From the NCBI GenBank assembly GCA_051294375.1, contig CM119268.1:7274861-7338860 (forward strand): 64,000 bases of DNA, read 5' to 3'. This document shows, piece by piece, positions 44,401 to 58,087 of this stretch. The stretch comes from Paraspadella gotoi. Its lineage: Eukaryota > Animalia > Chaetognatha. Below the pieces are notes generated by a model. That model was not told the origin of the DNA. It saw only the letters and a program-made list of their open reading frames with translations, and did no database searches. The translations under genes were made by a program, and so were the position numbers. Position 1 is the first letter of the stretch; each line of letters starts with the position of its first letter.

Positions 44401-47400
44401 TCCCAATTTTGGGTTTCTTCAAATCAATATCAACTGATGGCAGTTTGACGTCACCATCTAATTTTGGTAGATCAACATCTGGTTTTTTGATATCGATGTC
44501 AAAAGAAGGTTTTTCTATATCAACATCTAAAGATGGTTTATCTATATCAAGAGATGGCCCTTTCATTCCAAACTTTGGCAGTTTAGCTCCAAAAGAAGGC
44601 ATCCCGATTTTGGGTTTCTTTAAATCCATATCAACTGAAGGCAATTTTATGTCGCCATCTATTTTTGGTAAATTTATATCCAATGTTGGTGCTTTTAAAT
44701 CTAGGTCTGGCAAGCTGGCATCAACTGATGGAAGATCCAGACTGGGCTTTTTAATGTCAATGTCAAGAGAAGGAAGACTCACATCTCCTTCTAAATTTGG
44801 TAAATCAACCTCTGGTTTGTTGCTATATCACATGTAAGAGTGACGTTGTTTCTAATTCAATCTAAAGATGGTTTATACTATATCAAGAGATGGCCCTTTC
44901 ATTCAAACTTTGGCAGTTTGCTCCAAAAGAAGGCAACCCAATTTTGGGTTTCTTTAAATCCATATCAACTGAAGGCAGTTTTATGTCGCCATCCATTTTT
45001 GGTAAATTTACATCTAATGTTGGTGCTTTTAAATCGATGTCTGGCAAACTGGCATCAACTGAAGGAAGATCCAGACTTGGCTTTTTAATCAATGTCAGAG
45101 AAGGAAGACTACATCTCCTTCTAATTTTGGTAGATCAACCTCTGGTTTTTTGATATCGATGTCAAGAGATGGTTTTTCTATCAACATCTAAAATGGTTTA
45201 TCTATATCAAGAGATGGCCCTTTCATTCCAAACTTTGGCAGTTTTGCTCCAAAAGAAGGCAACCCAATTTTGGTTTCTTTAAATCCATATCAACTGAAGG
45301 CAGTTTTATGTCGCCATCCATTTTTGGTAAATTTACATCTAATGTTGGTGCTTTTAAATCGATGTCTGGCAAACTGGCATAAGTGAAGGAAGATCCAGAC
45401 TTGGGCTTTTTATATCAATGTCAAGAGAAGGAAGACTTACATCTCCTTCTAATTTTGGTAGATAACCTCTGGTTTTTTTGATATCAATGTCAAGAGTGGT
45501 TTTTCTATATCAACATCTAAAGATTTTATCTATATCAAGAGATGGCCCTTTCATTCCAAACTTGGCATTTTGCTCCAAAAGAAGGCAACCCAATTTTGGG
45601 TTTCTTTAAATCCATATCAACTGAAGGCAGTTTTATGTCGCCATCATTTTTGGTAAATTTACATCTAATGTTGGTGCTTTTAAATCGATGTCTGGCAAAC
45701 TGGCATCAAGTGAAGGAAGATCCAGACTGGGCTTTTTAATATCAATGTCAAGAGAAGGAAGATTACATCTCCTTCTAATTTTGGTAGATCAACCTCTGGT
45801 TTTTTGATATCAATGTCAAGAGATGGTTTTCTTTTAACATCTAAAGATGGTTTATCTATATCAAGAGATGGCCCTTTCATTCCAAACTTTGGCAGTTTTG
45901 CTCCAAAAGAAGGCAACCCAATTTTGGTTTCTTTAAATCCATATCAACTGAAGGCAGTTTTATGTCGCCATCCATTTTTGGTAAATTTACATCTAATGTT
46001 GGTGCTTTTAAATCGATGTCTGGCAAACTGGCATCATGAAGGAAGATCCAGACTTGGCTTTTAATATCAATGTCAAGAGAAGGAAGACTTACATCTCCTT
46101 CTAATTTTGGTAGATCACTCTGGTTTTTTGATATCAATGTCAGAGATGGTTTTTCTATTCAACATCTAAAGATGGTTTATCTATATCAAGAGATGGCCCT
46201 TTCATTCCAAACTTTGGCAGTTTTGCTCCAAAAGAAGGAACCAATTTTGGTTTCTTTAAATCCATATCAACTGAAGGCTTTTAGTGCAATCATTTTTGGT
46301 AAATTTACATCTAATGTGCTTTTAAATCGATGTCTGGCAAACTGGCATCAGTGATAAGATAACAAGACTTGGCTTTAATATCTAATGTCAAGAGAAGGAA
46401 GACTTAATCTCCTTCTAATTTTGGTAGATCAACTCTGGTTTTTTGATATCAATGTCAAGAATGGTTTTTCTATATCAACATCTAAAGATGGTTTATCTAT
46501 ATCAAGAGATGGCCTTTCATTCCAACTTTGGCAGTTTTGCTCCAAAAGAACACCCATTTTGGGTTTCTTTAAATCCATATCAACTGAAGGCAGTTTTATG
46601 TCGCCATCATTTTTGGTAAATTTACATCTAATGTTGGTGCTTTTAAATCGAGTGTCTGGCAAACTGGCATCAGTGAAGGAAGATCCAGACTTGGCTTTTT
46701 AATATCAATGTCAAGAGAAGGAAGACTTACATCTCCTTCTAATTTTGGTAGATCAACCTCTGGTTTTTTGATATCAATGTCAAGAGATGGTTTTTCTATA
46801 TCAACATCTAAAGATGGTTTATCTATATCAAGAGATGGCCCTTTCATTCCAAACTTTGGCAGTTTTGCTCCAAAAGAAGGCAACCCAATTTTGGGTTTCT
46901 TTAAATCCATATCAACTGAAAGAGTTTTATGTCGCCATCCATTTTTGTAAATTTACATCTAATGTTGGTGCTTTTAAATCGATGTTCTGGCAAACTGGCA
47001 TCAAGTGAAGGAAGATCCAGACTGGCTTTAATATCAATGTCAAGAGAAGGAAGACTTACATCTCCTTCTAATTTTGGTAGATCAACTCTTGGTTTTTTGA
47101 TATCAATGTCAAGAGATGTTTTTCTATATCAACATCTAAAGATGGTTTATCTATATCAAGAGATGGCCTTTCATTCCAAACTTTGGCAGTTTTGCTCCAA
47201 AAGAAGGCAACCCAATTTTGGGTTTCTTTAAATCCATCAACTGAAGGCAGTTTTATGTCGCCATCCATTTTTGGTAAATTTACATCTAATGTTGGTGCTT
47301 TTAAATCGATGTCTGGCAAACTGGCATCAAGTGAAGGAAGATCCAGACTTGGCTTTTTAAGTCAATGTCAGAGAAGGAAGACTTAATCTCCTTCTAATTT

Positions 47401-50400
47401 TGGTAGATCAACCTCTGGTTTTTTGATATCGATGTCAAGAGATGGTTTTTCTATATCAACATCTAAAGATGGTTTATCTATATCAGAGATGGCCCTTTCA
47501 TTCCAAACTTTGGCAGTTTTGCTCCAAAAGAAGGCAACCCAATTTTGGGTTTTAATCCATATCAATGAAGGCAGTTTTGTCGCCATCATTTTGGTAAATT
47601 TACATCTAATGTTGGTGCTTTTAAATCGATGTCTGGCAAACTGGCATCAAGTGAAGGAAGATCCAGATGGCTTTTTAATATCAATGTCAAGAGAAGGAAG
47701 ACTTACATCTCCTTCTAATTTGGTAGATCAACCTCTGGTTTTTTGATATCAATGTCAAGAGATGGTTTTTATTCAACATCTAAGATGGTTTATCTATATC
47801 AAGAGATGGCCTTTCATTCCAAACTTTGGCAGTTTTGCTCCAAAAGAAGGCAACCAATTTTGGTTTCTTTAAATCCATATCAACTGAAGCAGTTTTATGT
47901 CGCCATCATTTTTGGTAAATTTACATCTAATGTTGGTGCTTTTAAATCGATGTCTGGCAAACTGGCATCAATGAAGGAAGATCCAGACTGGGCTTTTTAA
48001 TGTCAATGTCAAGAGAAGGAAGACTTACATCTCCTTCTAATTTGGTAGATCAACCTCTGTTTTTTTATCATGTCAGAGATGGTTTTTCTATATCAACATC
48101 TAAAGATGGTTTATCTATATCAAGAGATGGCCCTTTCATTCCAACTTTGGCAGTTTTGCTCCAAAGAAGGCAACCAATTTTGGGTCTTTAAATCCATATC
48201 AACTGAAGGCAGTTTTATGTCGCCATCATTTTTGGTAAATTTACATCTAATGTTGGTGCTTTTAAATCGATGTCTGGCAAACTGGCATCAAGTGAAGGAA
48301 GATCCAGACTGGCTTTTTTATCAATGTCAAGAGAAGGAAGACTTACATCTCCTTCTAATTTTGGAATCAACCTCTGGTTTTTGATATCAATGTCAAGAGA
48401 TGGTTTTTCTATATTCAACATCTAAAGATGGTTTATCTATATCAGAGATGGCCCTTTCATTCCAAACTTTGGCAGTTTTGCTCCAAAGAAGCAACCCAAT
48501 TTTGGGTTTCTTTAAATCCATATCAACTGAAGGCAGTTTTATGTCGCCATCCATTTTTGGTAAATTTACATCTAATGTTGGTGCTTTTAAATCGATGTCT
48601 GGCAAACTGGCATCAAGTGAAGGAAGATCCAGACTTGGCTTTTTAATATCAATGTCAAGAGAAGAGAGACTTACATCTCCTTCTATTTTGTAGATCAACT
48701 TCTGGTTTTTTATATCAATGTCAGAGATGGTTTTCTATATCAACATCTAAGTGGTTTATCTATATCAAGAGATGGCCCTTCATTCCAACTTTGGCAGTTT
48801 TGCTCCAAAAGAAGCACCCAATTTTGGGTTTCTTTAAATCCATATCACTGAAGGCAGTTTTAGTCGCCATTCATTTTTGGTAAATTTATATCTAATGTTG
48901 GCTTTTTAAATCGATTGTCTGGCAAATAAAAAAAACAACTGGGCTCATGAAGTAGCTTGCTTTTTATATCAATGTCAAGAGAAGAAGACTTACATCTCCT
49001 TCTAATTTTGGTAGATCAACCTCTGGTTTTTTGATATCAATGTCAAGAGATGGTTTTTCTATATCATCTAAAGATGGTTTATCTATTCACGAGATGGCTT
49101 TCATTCCAAACTTTGGCAGTTTTGCTCCAAAAGAAGGCAACCCAATTTTGGGTTTCTTTAAATCCATATTCAACTGAAGGCAGTTTTATGTCGCCATCCA
49201 TTTTTTGGAAATTTACATCTAATGTTGGTGCTTTTAAATCGATGTCTGGCAAACTGGCATCAAGTGAAGGAAGATCCAGACTTGGCTTTTTAATTCAATG
49301 TCAAGAGAAGGAGACTTACATCTCCTTCTAATTTGGTAGATCAACTCTGGTTTTTGATATAATGTCAGAGAGTGTTTTTCTATCAAATCTAAAGATGGTT
49401 TATCTATATCAAGAGATGGCCCTTTCATTCCAAACTTTGGCAGTTTTGCTCCAAAAGAAGGCAACCAATTTTGGGTTTCTTTAATCCCTATCAACTGAAG
49501 CAGTTTTATTTCGCCATCATTTTGGTAAATTTACATCTAATGTTGTGCTTTTAATCGATGTCTGGCAAACTTGCATCAAGTGAAGGAAGATCCAGACTTG
49601 GCTTTTTAATATCACAATGTCAAGAGAAGGAGACTTACATCTCCTTCTAATTTTGTAGATAACTCTGGTTTTTTATATCATTCAGAGATGGTTTTTTCTA
49701 TATCAACATCTAAAGATGGTTTATCTATATAAGAGATGGCCTTTCATTCAAACTTTGGCAGTTTGCTCCAAAAGAAGGCACCCAATTTGGGTTTCTTTAA
49801 TCCATATCAACTGAAGGCATTTTATGTCGCCATCATTTTTTGGTAAATTTACATCTAATGTTGTGCTTTTAAATCGATGTCTGGCAACTGCATCAATGAA
49901 GGAAGATCAGACTTGGCTTTTTAATGTCAATGTCAAGAGAAGGAAGACTTACATCTCCTTCTTTTGGTAGATCAACCTCTGGTTTTTTGATATCGATGTC
50001 AAGAGATGGTTTTCTATATCACATCTAAGATGTTTATTCTATATCAAGAGATGGCCCTTTCATTCCAAACTTTGGCAGTTTTGCTCCAAAAGAAGGAACC
50101 CAATTTTGGTTTTTTAAATCCATATCAACTGAAGGCAGTTTATGTCGCCATCCATTTTTGGTAAATTTACATCTAATGTTGGTGCTTTTAAATCGATGTC
50201 TGGCAAACTGGCATCAATGAAGGAAGATCCAGATGCTTTTTAATATCAATGTCAAGCGAAGGAGACTTACATCTCCTTCTAATTTGGTAGATCAACTCTG
50301 GTTTTTTGATATCATTCAAGAGATGTTTTTTATTCAAATCTAAAGATGTTTTCTATATTCAAGAGATGGCCTTTCATTCCAAACTTTGGCAGTTTTGTCC

Positions 50401-53400
50401 AAAAGAAGGCACCCAATTTTGGGTTTCTTTAAATATATCAACTGAGGCAGTTTTAGTCGCCATCCTTTTGGTAAATTTACATCTAATGTTGTGCTTTTAA
50501 ATCGATGTCTGGGCAAACTGGCATCAACTGAAGGAAGATCCAGACTTGTTTTAATTCAATGCAAGGAAGGAAGACTTACATCTCCTCTCATTTTGGATAG
50601 ATCAACTTCTGGTTTTTTATATCAATGTCAAGGAGATGGTTTATCTATATCAAGAGATGGCCCTTCCATTCCAACTTGGCCAGTTTTTGCTCCAAAAGAA
50701 GGCAACCCAATTTTGGTTTTTTTAAGTCCATATCAACTGAAGGCAGTTTTTATGGCCATCTATTTTTGGTAAATTTAAATCTATGTTGGTGCTTTTAAAT
50801 GATGTCTGGCAAACTGCATCACTGAAGGAAGATCCAGACTGGGCTTTTTAAGTCAATGTCAAGTGAAGAGACTTATCATCCTTCTATTTTGGTAGATCAA
50901 CTTGGTTTTTTATTAGTATCAATGTCAGAGATGGTTTATCTTTCAAAGTTGCCCCTTTCACTTCAATTTGGCAGTTTTGCTCCAAGAGAAGGCAACCCAA
51001 TTTTGGTTTTTTATGTCCATTCACTGGAAGACAGTTTATGTGCCATCTATTTTAGGTAAATTTACATCTAATGTTGGTGCTTTTAAATCGATGTCTGGCA
51101 AACTGGCATCAACTGAAGGAAGATCCAGACTGGGCTTTTTAATATCAATGTCAAGAGAAGGAAGACTTACATCTCCTTCTAATTTTGGTAGATCAACTTC
51201 TGGTTTTTTGATATCAATGTCAAGAGATGGTTTTTCTATATCAACATCTAAAGATGGTTTATCTATATCAAGAGATGGCCCTTTCATTCCAAATTTTGGC
51301 AATTTAGCTCCAAAAGAAGGCAACTCAATTTTGGGTTTCTTTAAATCCATATCAACTGAAGGCAATTTTATTTCACCATCTATTTTTGGTAAATTTACAT
51401 CTAATGTTGGTGCTTTTAAATCGATGTCTGGCAAACTGGCATCAACTGAAGGAAGATCCAGACTTGGCTTTTTAATATCAATGTCAAGAGAAGGAAGACT
51501 TACATCTCCTTCTAATTTTGGTAGATCAACTTCTGGTTTTTTAATGTCGATGTCAAGAGATGGTTTTTCTATATCAACATCTAAAGATGGTTTATCTATA
51601 TCAAGAGATGGCCCTTTCATTCCAAACTTTGGCAGTTTTGCTCCAAAAGAAGGCATCCCAATTTTGGGTTTCTTTAAATCCATATCAACTGAAGGCAATT
51701 TTATGTCGCCATCTATTTTTGGTAAATTTATATCCAATGTTGGTGCTTTTAAATCGATATCTGGCAAACTGGCATCAACTGAAGGAAGATCCAGACTGGG
51801 CTTTTTAATGTCAATGTCATGAGAAGGAAGACTTACATCTCCTTCTAATTTTGGTAGATCAACTTCTGGTTTTTTGATATCAATGTCAAGAGATGGTTTT
51901 TCTATATCAACATCTAAAGATGGTTTATCTATATCAAGAGATGGCCCTTTCATTCCAAACTTTGGCAGTTTTCCTCCAAAAGAAGGCAACCCAATTTTGG
52001 GTTTCTTTATATCCATATCAACTGAAGGCAGTTTTATGTCGCCATCTATTTTTGATAAATTTACATCTAATGTTGGTGCTTTTAAATCGATGTCTGGCAA
52101 ACTGGCATCAACTGAAGGAAGATCCAGACTGGGCTTTTTAATGTCAATGTCAAGAGAAGGAAGACTCACATCTCCTTCTAATTTTGGTAGATCAACCTCT
52201 GGTTTTTTGATATCGATGTCAAGAGATGGTTTTTCTATATCAACATCTAAAGATGGTTTATCTATATCCAGAGATGGCCCTTCCATTCCAAACTTTGGCA
52301 GTTTTGCTCCAAAAGAAGGCAACCCAATTTTTGGTTTCTTTAAGTCCATATCAATTGAAGGCAGTTTTATGTCGCCCTCTATTTTTGGTAAATTTACATC
52401 CAATGTTGGTCCTTTTAAATCGACATCTGGCAAGCTGGCATCAACTGATGGAAGATCAAGACTGGGCTTCTTTATATCAATATCTAATGATGGAAGACTC
52501 ACATCTCCTTCTAATTTTGGTAGATCAACCTCTGGTTTTTTGATATCGATGTCAAGAGATGGTTTTTCTATATCAACATCTAAAGATGGTTTATCTATAT
52601 CCAGAGATGGCCCTTCCATTCCAAACTTTGGCAGTTTTGCTCCAAAAGAAGGCATCCCAATTTTGGGTTTCTTTAAGTCCATATCAATTGAAGGCAGTTT
52701 TATGTCGCCATCTATTTTTGGTAAATTTACATCTAATGTTGGTGCTTTTAAATTGATGTCTGGCAAACTGGCATCAACTGAAGGAAGATCCAAACTGGGC
52801 TTTTTAATGTCAAGGTCAAGAGAAGGAAGACTTACATCGCCTTCTAAATTTGGTAGATCAACCTCTGGTTTTTTAATGTCGATGTCAAGAGATGGTTTTT
52901 CTATATCAACATCTAAAGATGGTTTGTCTATATCCAGAGATGGCCCTTCCATTCCAAACTTTGGCAGTTTTGCTCCAAAAGAAGGCAACCCAATTTTGGG
53001 TTTCTTTAAATCCATATCAACTGAAGGCAGTTTTATGTCGCCATCTATTTTTGGTAAATTTACATCTAAAGTTGGTGCTTTTAAATCGATGTCTGGCAAA
53101 CTGGCATCAACTGAAGGAAGATCCAGACTGGGCTTTTTAATGTCAAGGTCAAGAGAAGGAAGACTTACATCGCCTTCTAAATTTGGCAGATCAACCTCTG
53201 GTTTTTTAATGACGATGTCAAGAGATGGTTTTTCTATATCAACATCTAAAGATGGTTTGTCTATATCCAGAGATGGCTCTTCCATTCCAAACTTTGGCAG
53301 TTTTGCTCCAAAAGAAGGCAACCCAATTTTGGGTTTTGTTAAGTCCATATCAACTGAAGGCAGTTTTATGTCGCCATCAATTTTTGGTAAATTTACATCT

Positions 53401-55105
53401 AATGTTGGTGCTTTTAAATCGATGTCTGGCAAACTGGCATCAACTGAAGGAAGATCCAGACTGGGCTTTTTGATGTCAATATCAAGAGAAGGAAGACTTA
53501 CATCTCCTTCTAAATTTGGTAGATCAACTTCTGTTTTTTTTATATCAATGTCAAGAGATGGTTTTTCTATATCAACATCTAAAGATGGTTTATCTATATC
53601 CAGAGATGGCCCTTCCATTCCAATCTTTGGCAGTTTTGCTCCAAAAGAAGGCAACCCAATTTTGGGTTTCTTTAAGTCCATATCAACTGAAGGCAGTTTT
53701 ATATCGCCATCTATTTTTGGTAAATTTACATCTAATGTTGGTGCTTTTAAATCGATGTCTGGCAAACTGGCATCACCTGAAGGAAGATCCAGACTGGGCT
53801 TTTTAATGTCAATGTCAAGAGAATCAGAACTTACATCGCCTTCTATTTTTGGTAGATCAACTTCTGGTTTTTTAATGTCAACATCCAAAGATGGTTTATC
53901 TATATCCAGAGATGGCCCTTTCATTCCGAATTTTGGCAATTTGGCATCAAAAGATGGTAACTCATTACTTGGTTTCTTTAAGTCCACATCTACTGAAGGC
54001 AGTTCCAGGTCGCCATCTGGCAAACTAGCATCAACTGAAGGAAAATCAAGACTAGACTTTTCTGTATCAATGTCAATTGTAGGAAGAACTGTATCTCTAT
54101 TTAATTCTGGAAGTTCAACCTGTGGTTTTTTTATCTCAATGTCCACAGATGAGGTTGAGGATCCTTTCATGTTAATTTTTGGTAATTTTGGATCAAGTGT
54201 TGGCAAATTGACATCGAAAGTTGCTCCTTTAACAGCTGGCAAACTAGCATCAACTGATAAAAGATCTAAACTTGGCCTTTGAATATGTTTTATTTGTGGA
54301 ACTTTATTTTCCATCTGCAACTTCGTAACATTTGATTTTTCAATATCCATTTCAAAAGATGGGGCGATAGAAATTTCAGTGCTTTCTATAGTTTTAATGT
54401 TTTCATCTTCATTTTCAGAACACACTGAAAATTCTTTTTGAAGTAAGGCTTTGGCTTTTGGTTCTGTTTTTTCTACTTTTGTTTCTAATGGCTTGCTTTC
54501 ATCTAAAGAAAGGTTCCATTTTTCTTCTAGAATTTTGTCTGTTGTTATTGCCTCAGTTTTATTGTTGAAACTACCTTTAAATTCTATGTCATTATCATCA
54601 TTTCTTGTAATTTGTTGATTATTCTCTATCTTTTTTTCTTTTACAAATTGAACATCCATAACCTTTATACTTTCTTTCGAAAACTCAATTTTCTTCTCAT
54701 TTGAATCGTCAATCCAGTTTGAATTATTCCAGTCTATTTCTTCTTTTTCTTTTGAAGCTGGCTTTATATCACTAAACATGTTGAGAGACCCACTGAACTG
54801 AGGCTGTTGTACTTCTTCTTTGACATCGGGAATTTCTTTTATAATTGATACTGAATAAGTATTCTCTGTAACAATATTGCTTTTACTTTGTCCAGACATT
54901 CCAGAAGGTCCAGTATATTCCAATGAATCAAATTTCTGAGTGGGTACGCCTTTTTTAAATTCATACTCGGTTGTTACAAGTACTGGCTGTACCACTGTGG
55001 TTGATATTACAATTTTTTCATTATCATTTCTGCCTTGATTACTATCTACAGCCATGACATTCTCAAATGTTATCCTTGAGTCTGGTAAAGGTTTATTATT
55101 TCTTT
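41419..55105 (-). CDS. AHNAK/periaxin-like giant repeat exon A (about 13.7 kb, about 4500 aa); middle broken by probable sequencing indels
   Basis: ORFs 51036-55055 and 41399-44782 carry the same repeat. Phase-1 acceptor before 55105 (or 55081); donor TTTG|GTAAGT at 41419/41418. 44820-51040 is the same repeat with many 1-nt indels. Confidence 0.8.
44330..53940 (-). repeat. Tandem array of 333-nt (111-aa) coding units, roughly 29 copies
   Basis: Equivalent positions at 51560, 51893, 52226, 52559, 52892, 53225. Unit KKPSLDLPSVDASLPDIDLKAPTLDVNLPKIDGDIKLPSVDMDLKKPKIGLPSFGAKLPKFGMKGPSLDIDKPSLDVDIEKPSLDIDIKKPEVDLPKLEGDVSLPSLDIDI. Copy number estimated as span/333. Confidence 0.95.
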
Positions 55106-55903
55106 CTACTCAAGGGTAATTGATGAAAGTTGAATAATTGGGGAAAACATAAAAAAAAGTTTTTAAGTCATATTACTCTACAATTTTCTTAAAAATGAAT
55201 AAGTAACATATATTGCAAATAAGGATTTTTAAAGTTTTTTAGGACAAGAGCTTAATGATTATATATTACCAAGATTTAAGTTAAAACTGAAAAAAGTATT
55301 TAGGAATTCCTAGGTACTTTAAATTTAGTTTTTTAAACAATCATGCAAAATCAACTTGTTGAAGACAAAACAAAAATATTATGTAATGTCCATCACCATC
55401 ACAAAATTCCCTATCTTTAAAAATTAAAAAAATTGGGTAATAACTCAATTAAACAAAAAATTTAACTCAACGCAAATAAAGTTTCACACTGACTTAAATA
55501 GTGGTTAACTAGTGAGTTGATAATAATTACATCTAGATAATGTTTTATGCAATGATGCATAAGTGCTATAATAGTGTGTAACATTTCAAGAATGTGAAAT
55601 TATCACATTTGATATAAAATAATTATTCATTCATAAAGAAAATACTTATCATTCACAAATTAAGTGCGAAGAATGTGATAAAATATTTATTTAGTTTTCT
55701 GAACAATCATGGTCATCAATGTGGTAAACATGTGATAATAAACGTCATTAGGTATTAAAAAATATTCCCGCTAAAATTAATTAATTACTGTCTCATACGC
55801 GTTTTTTTTCGAAATCATTCACGGTTTAATGGTTTAACGGATTAACGCTAAAGGAAAAACTCCATGATTGTTCATTTGTAAAAATAAACTTAGAAGCTCT
55901 CAC

Positions 55904-55988
55904 CTGAAACTCCACTTTTTTCATATTCGGGAATTGTTTGTTGCTGACTCATCGTTTCTGACTTGACTGGCGAATCAAGGGAGATGTC
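55904..55988 (-). CDS. Small 5' exon of AHNAK-like unit A (DISLDSPVKSETMSQQQTIPEYEKSGVS)
   Basis: CTCATAG|GAC...TCAG|GTGAG; 85 nt, phase 0 to 1, fits both neighbours. Confidence 0.72.
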
Positions 55989-56202
55989 CTATGAGAGCAA
56001 TAGAAACACTGATTTTGCAAAAAAAATTTTGCTCCTTTTTAAGTAAAATAAAATATCATAAAAAATTAATAAATTTACAGTAATATCTTTCAGAAATTTT
56101 TGAGAACAGAAATGATGAACCAACAGTTTCTTCATTTAATACAGAGACAGAATAGAATATATTGGTTGTACCAATCCATTTTTAAAAAAATATTTTTTAA
56201 GA

Positions 56203-56283
56203 AAAGTTTGAAAATGATTTCATCAACGATTTTATTTGTACACAAATAAAATAAAATCGTTGATGAAATCATTTTCAAACTTT
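56203..56283. repeat. Perfect 35-bp inverted repeat with 11-nt loop
   Basis: 56203-56237 is the exact reverse complement of 56249-56283. Confidence 0.95.
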
Positions 56284-56446
56284 GCTTAAATCTCTAAACT
56301 CAACGAAGCTGAAAGGATTAATACAATGGCTAAAAAAATATTTAAAAGATATAACTATGAATATATGACTATTTTATAATTTGGTTTCCCTAACAATATA
56401 AACTAAACACCTTTATACTTAATAATTAAACCAATACACATAGAGT

Positions 56447-57886
56447 TTTTAGTCGGATCTGCTTATCAGCCGATCCCGACTCTATAATTCACTTTGTCGG
56501 TCCGTCGGTCCGCATCCTCAATATTGTCGGGCACTAACTTATATCATGTCAGAACATCGAATTATGATAAATTATGCAAAAAAAATGATGTCCCTCCGTC
56601 CATCTGTCTGTCGGTCTGCCTGTCCGTCCGTCCGTCCATCCGTCCGTCCACCTTAGCAAAAAACACTAATTACTCGTGATTGGATGATGGATTTGAATGA
56701 AATTTTGTGTGTGGGTAGGGAAGTGTGTGTTTGAGCTGGATATAAAGTTTCGATGGAATCGTCCGAGTGGAAAAAACAAAAAAATATAATTCACTATTTG
56801 AACACCAATTGCTCATGAGTGGATGGGCGATTGACCTGGAATTTTGTATGTGAGTTAGGAAAGTGTGTGATTGAATAGGAAACCAAGTTTCGATGGAATC
56901 GTTTGAGTGGAAATGAGTTTAAATGGAAAAAAACAAAAAAACCTGTTTCACTAATTGATTATGAATTTTTTTTAATTTTATATTAAATGTATATGCAGGA
57001 TGTATTAATAAATCAAATAATTAATCAGTTAATTAATCAATTAGTCAATTAATTAATCACTAATTAATTAATCAGTCATTCAATCCGTCCATCCGTCCCA
57101 CCTTAGCAAAAAGCCCAATAACTCGTGATTGGCTGGTTGGATCGGAATGAAATTTTGTGTATGGGTAGGAACATGTGTGATGAAGCGGATATAAAGTTTC
57201 GACAGAATCGTGTGAGTGGATATGAGTTTAAATGGAAAAAACATAAGTCGCATTTACTAAAATCTTTTTACTTATTTTAACCAATAAATCTCTAATTAAT
57301 CATAATTGGATGGATAGATTTTTGAGTTCAAATTTTGTGTGTGGGTAGGAAAATATGTGACGAAGCTCTATATAAAGTTTCGGTACGGGTGGAAATGAGT
57401 TTAACTGAAAAAAATATGAGTCACATTTACTTGTCTCTTTTTACTTATTTTAACCCATAATAGATTGAGATGAAATTTTGTGAGCGGGAAGGAAAGTTTG
57501 TGAAGAAGCTAGATATAAAGTTTTGACGGAATTGTACCAGTGGAAATGAGTTTAAATGGAAAAAATATAAGTCACATTTACTTTATTTTAAGGACATCGA
57601 TTTATAATTAATTATTAAATATTAAAATTAATTAATTAATTAATTAATTGATTAATTAATTAATTAATTTTCGTAGGCAGATCCGACATTGTTTTCTCAA
57701 ACTTGTTTTTTATTCATTCAGTCACATTTACTTTATTTTATGGACATCGATGATGATAAGCTGTATATAAATTTATAATTAATTATTAAATATTAAAATT
57801 AATTAATTAATTAATTAATCGATTAGTTAATTAATTAATTATTTTTCGTATGCAGATCCGATAATTTGTTTGCTCAAACTTGTTTT
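56447..57886 (+). mobile_element. Non-autonomous Helentron-associated (DINE-1/HINE-like) element with duplicated 3' end
   Basis: T-run, then GTCGGATCTGC (56452-56462) with nearby inverted partner GATCCCGACT (56472-56481); (GTCY)n microsatellite at 56496-56510 and 56597-56649; five diverged internal units near 56700, 56840, 57150, 57330, 57472; reverse-complement subterminal repeat GCAGATCCGA(C) at 57677 and 57852, each followed by CTCAAACTTGTTTTT. Confidence 0.68.
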
Positions 57887-58010
57887 TTATTCATTCAGTT
57901 ATATATTGTTTTCAAATTTTCCATTCTTCCTTACTAAATAATAATAAACGATTAATAACCATCCCTCCTTTTTCTACAATTCTCCCAGGATATAGTACCT
58001 CAAACACACA

Positions 58011-58012
<2 letters not shown>

Positions 58013-58087
<75 letters not shown>
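58013..58087. repeat. (CT)n(CA)n microsatellite abutting a splice donor
   Basis: Direct reading; on the minus strand the donor GTGTGT is the start of the (TG)n run. Confidence 0.95.

Noticed and set aside
44330-53940. CRISPR array or non-coding satellite
   Set aside because: No unique spacers; the unit is a multiple of 3 and keeps an open frame in the accurate parts.
19836-54282. Long plus-strand ORFs (e.g. 42024-44837, 51874-54282, 30785-31879)
   Set aside because: In-register antisense shadows of the repeat exons; the Ser/Phe/Gly/Ile content mirrors the Asp/Lys/Pro codons and repeats with the array.
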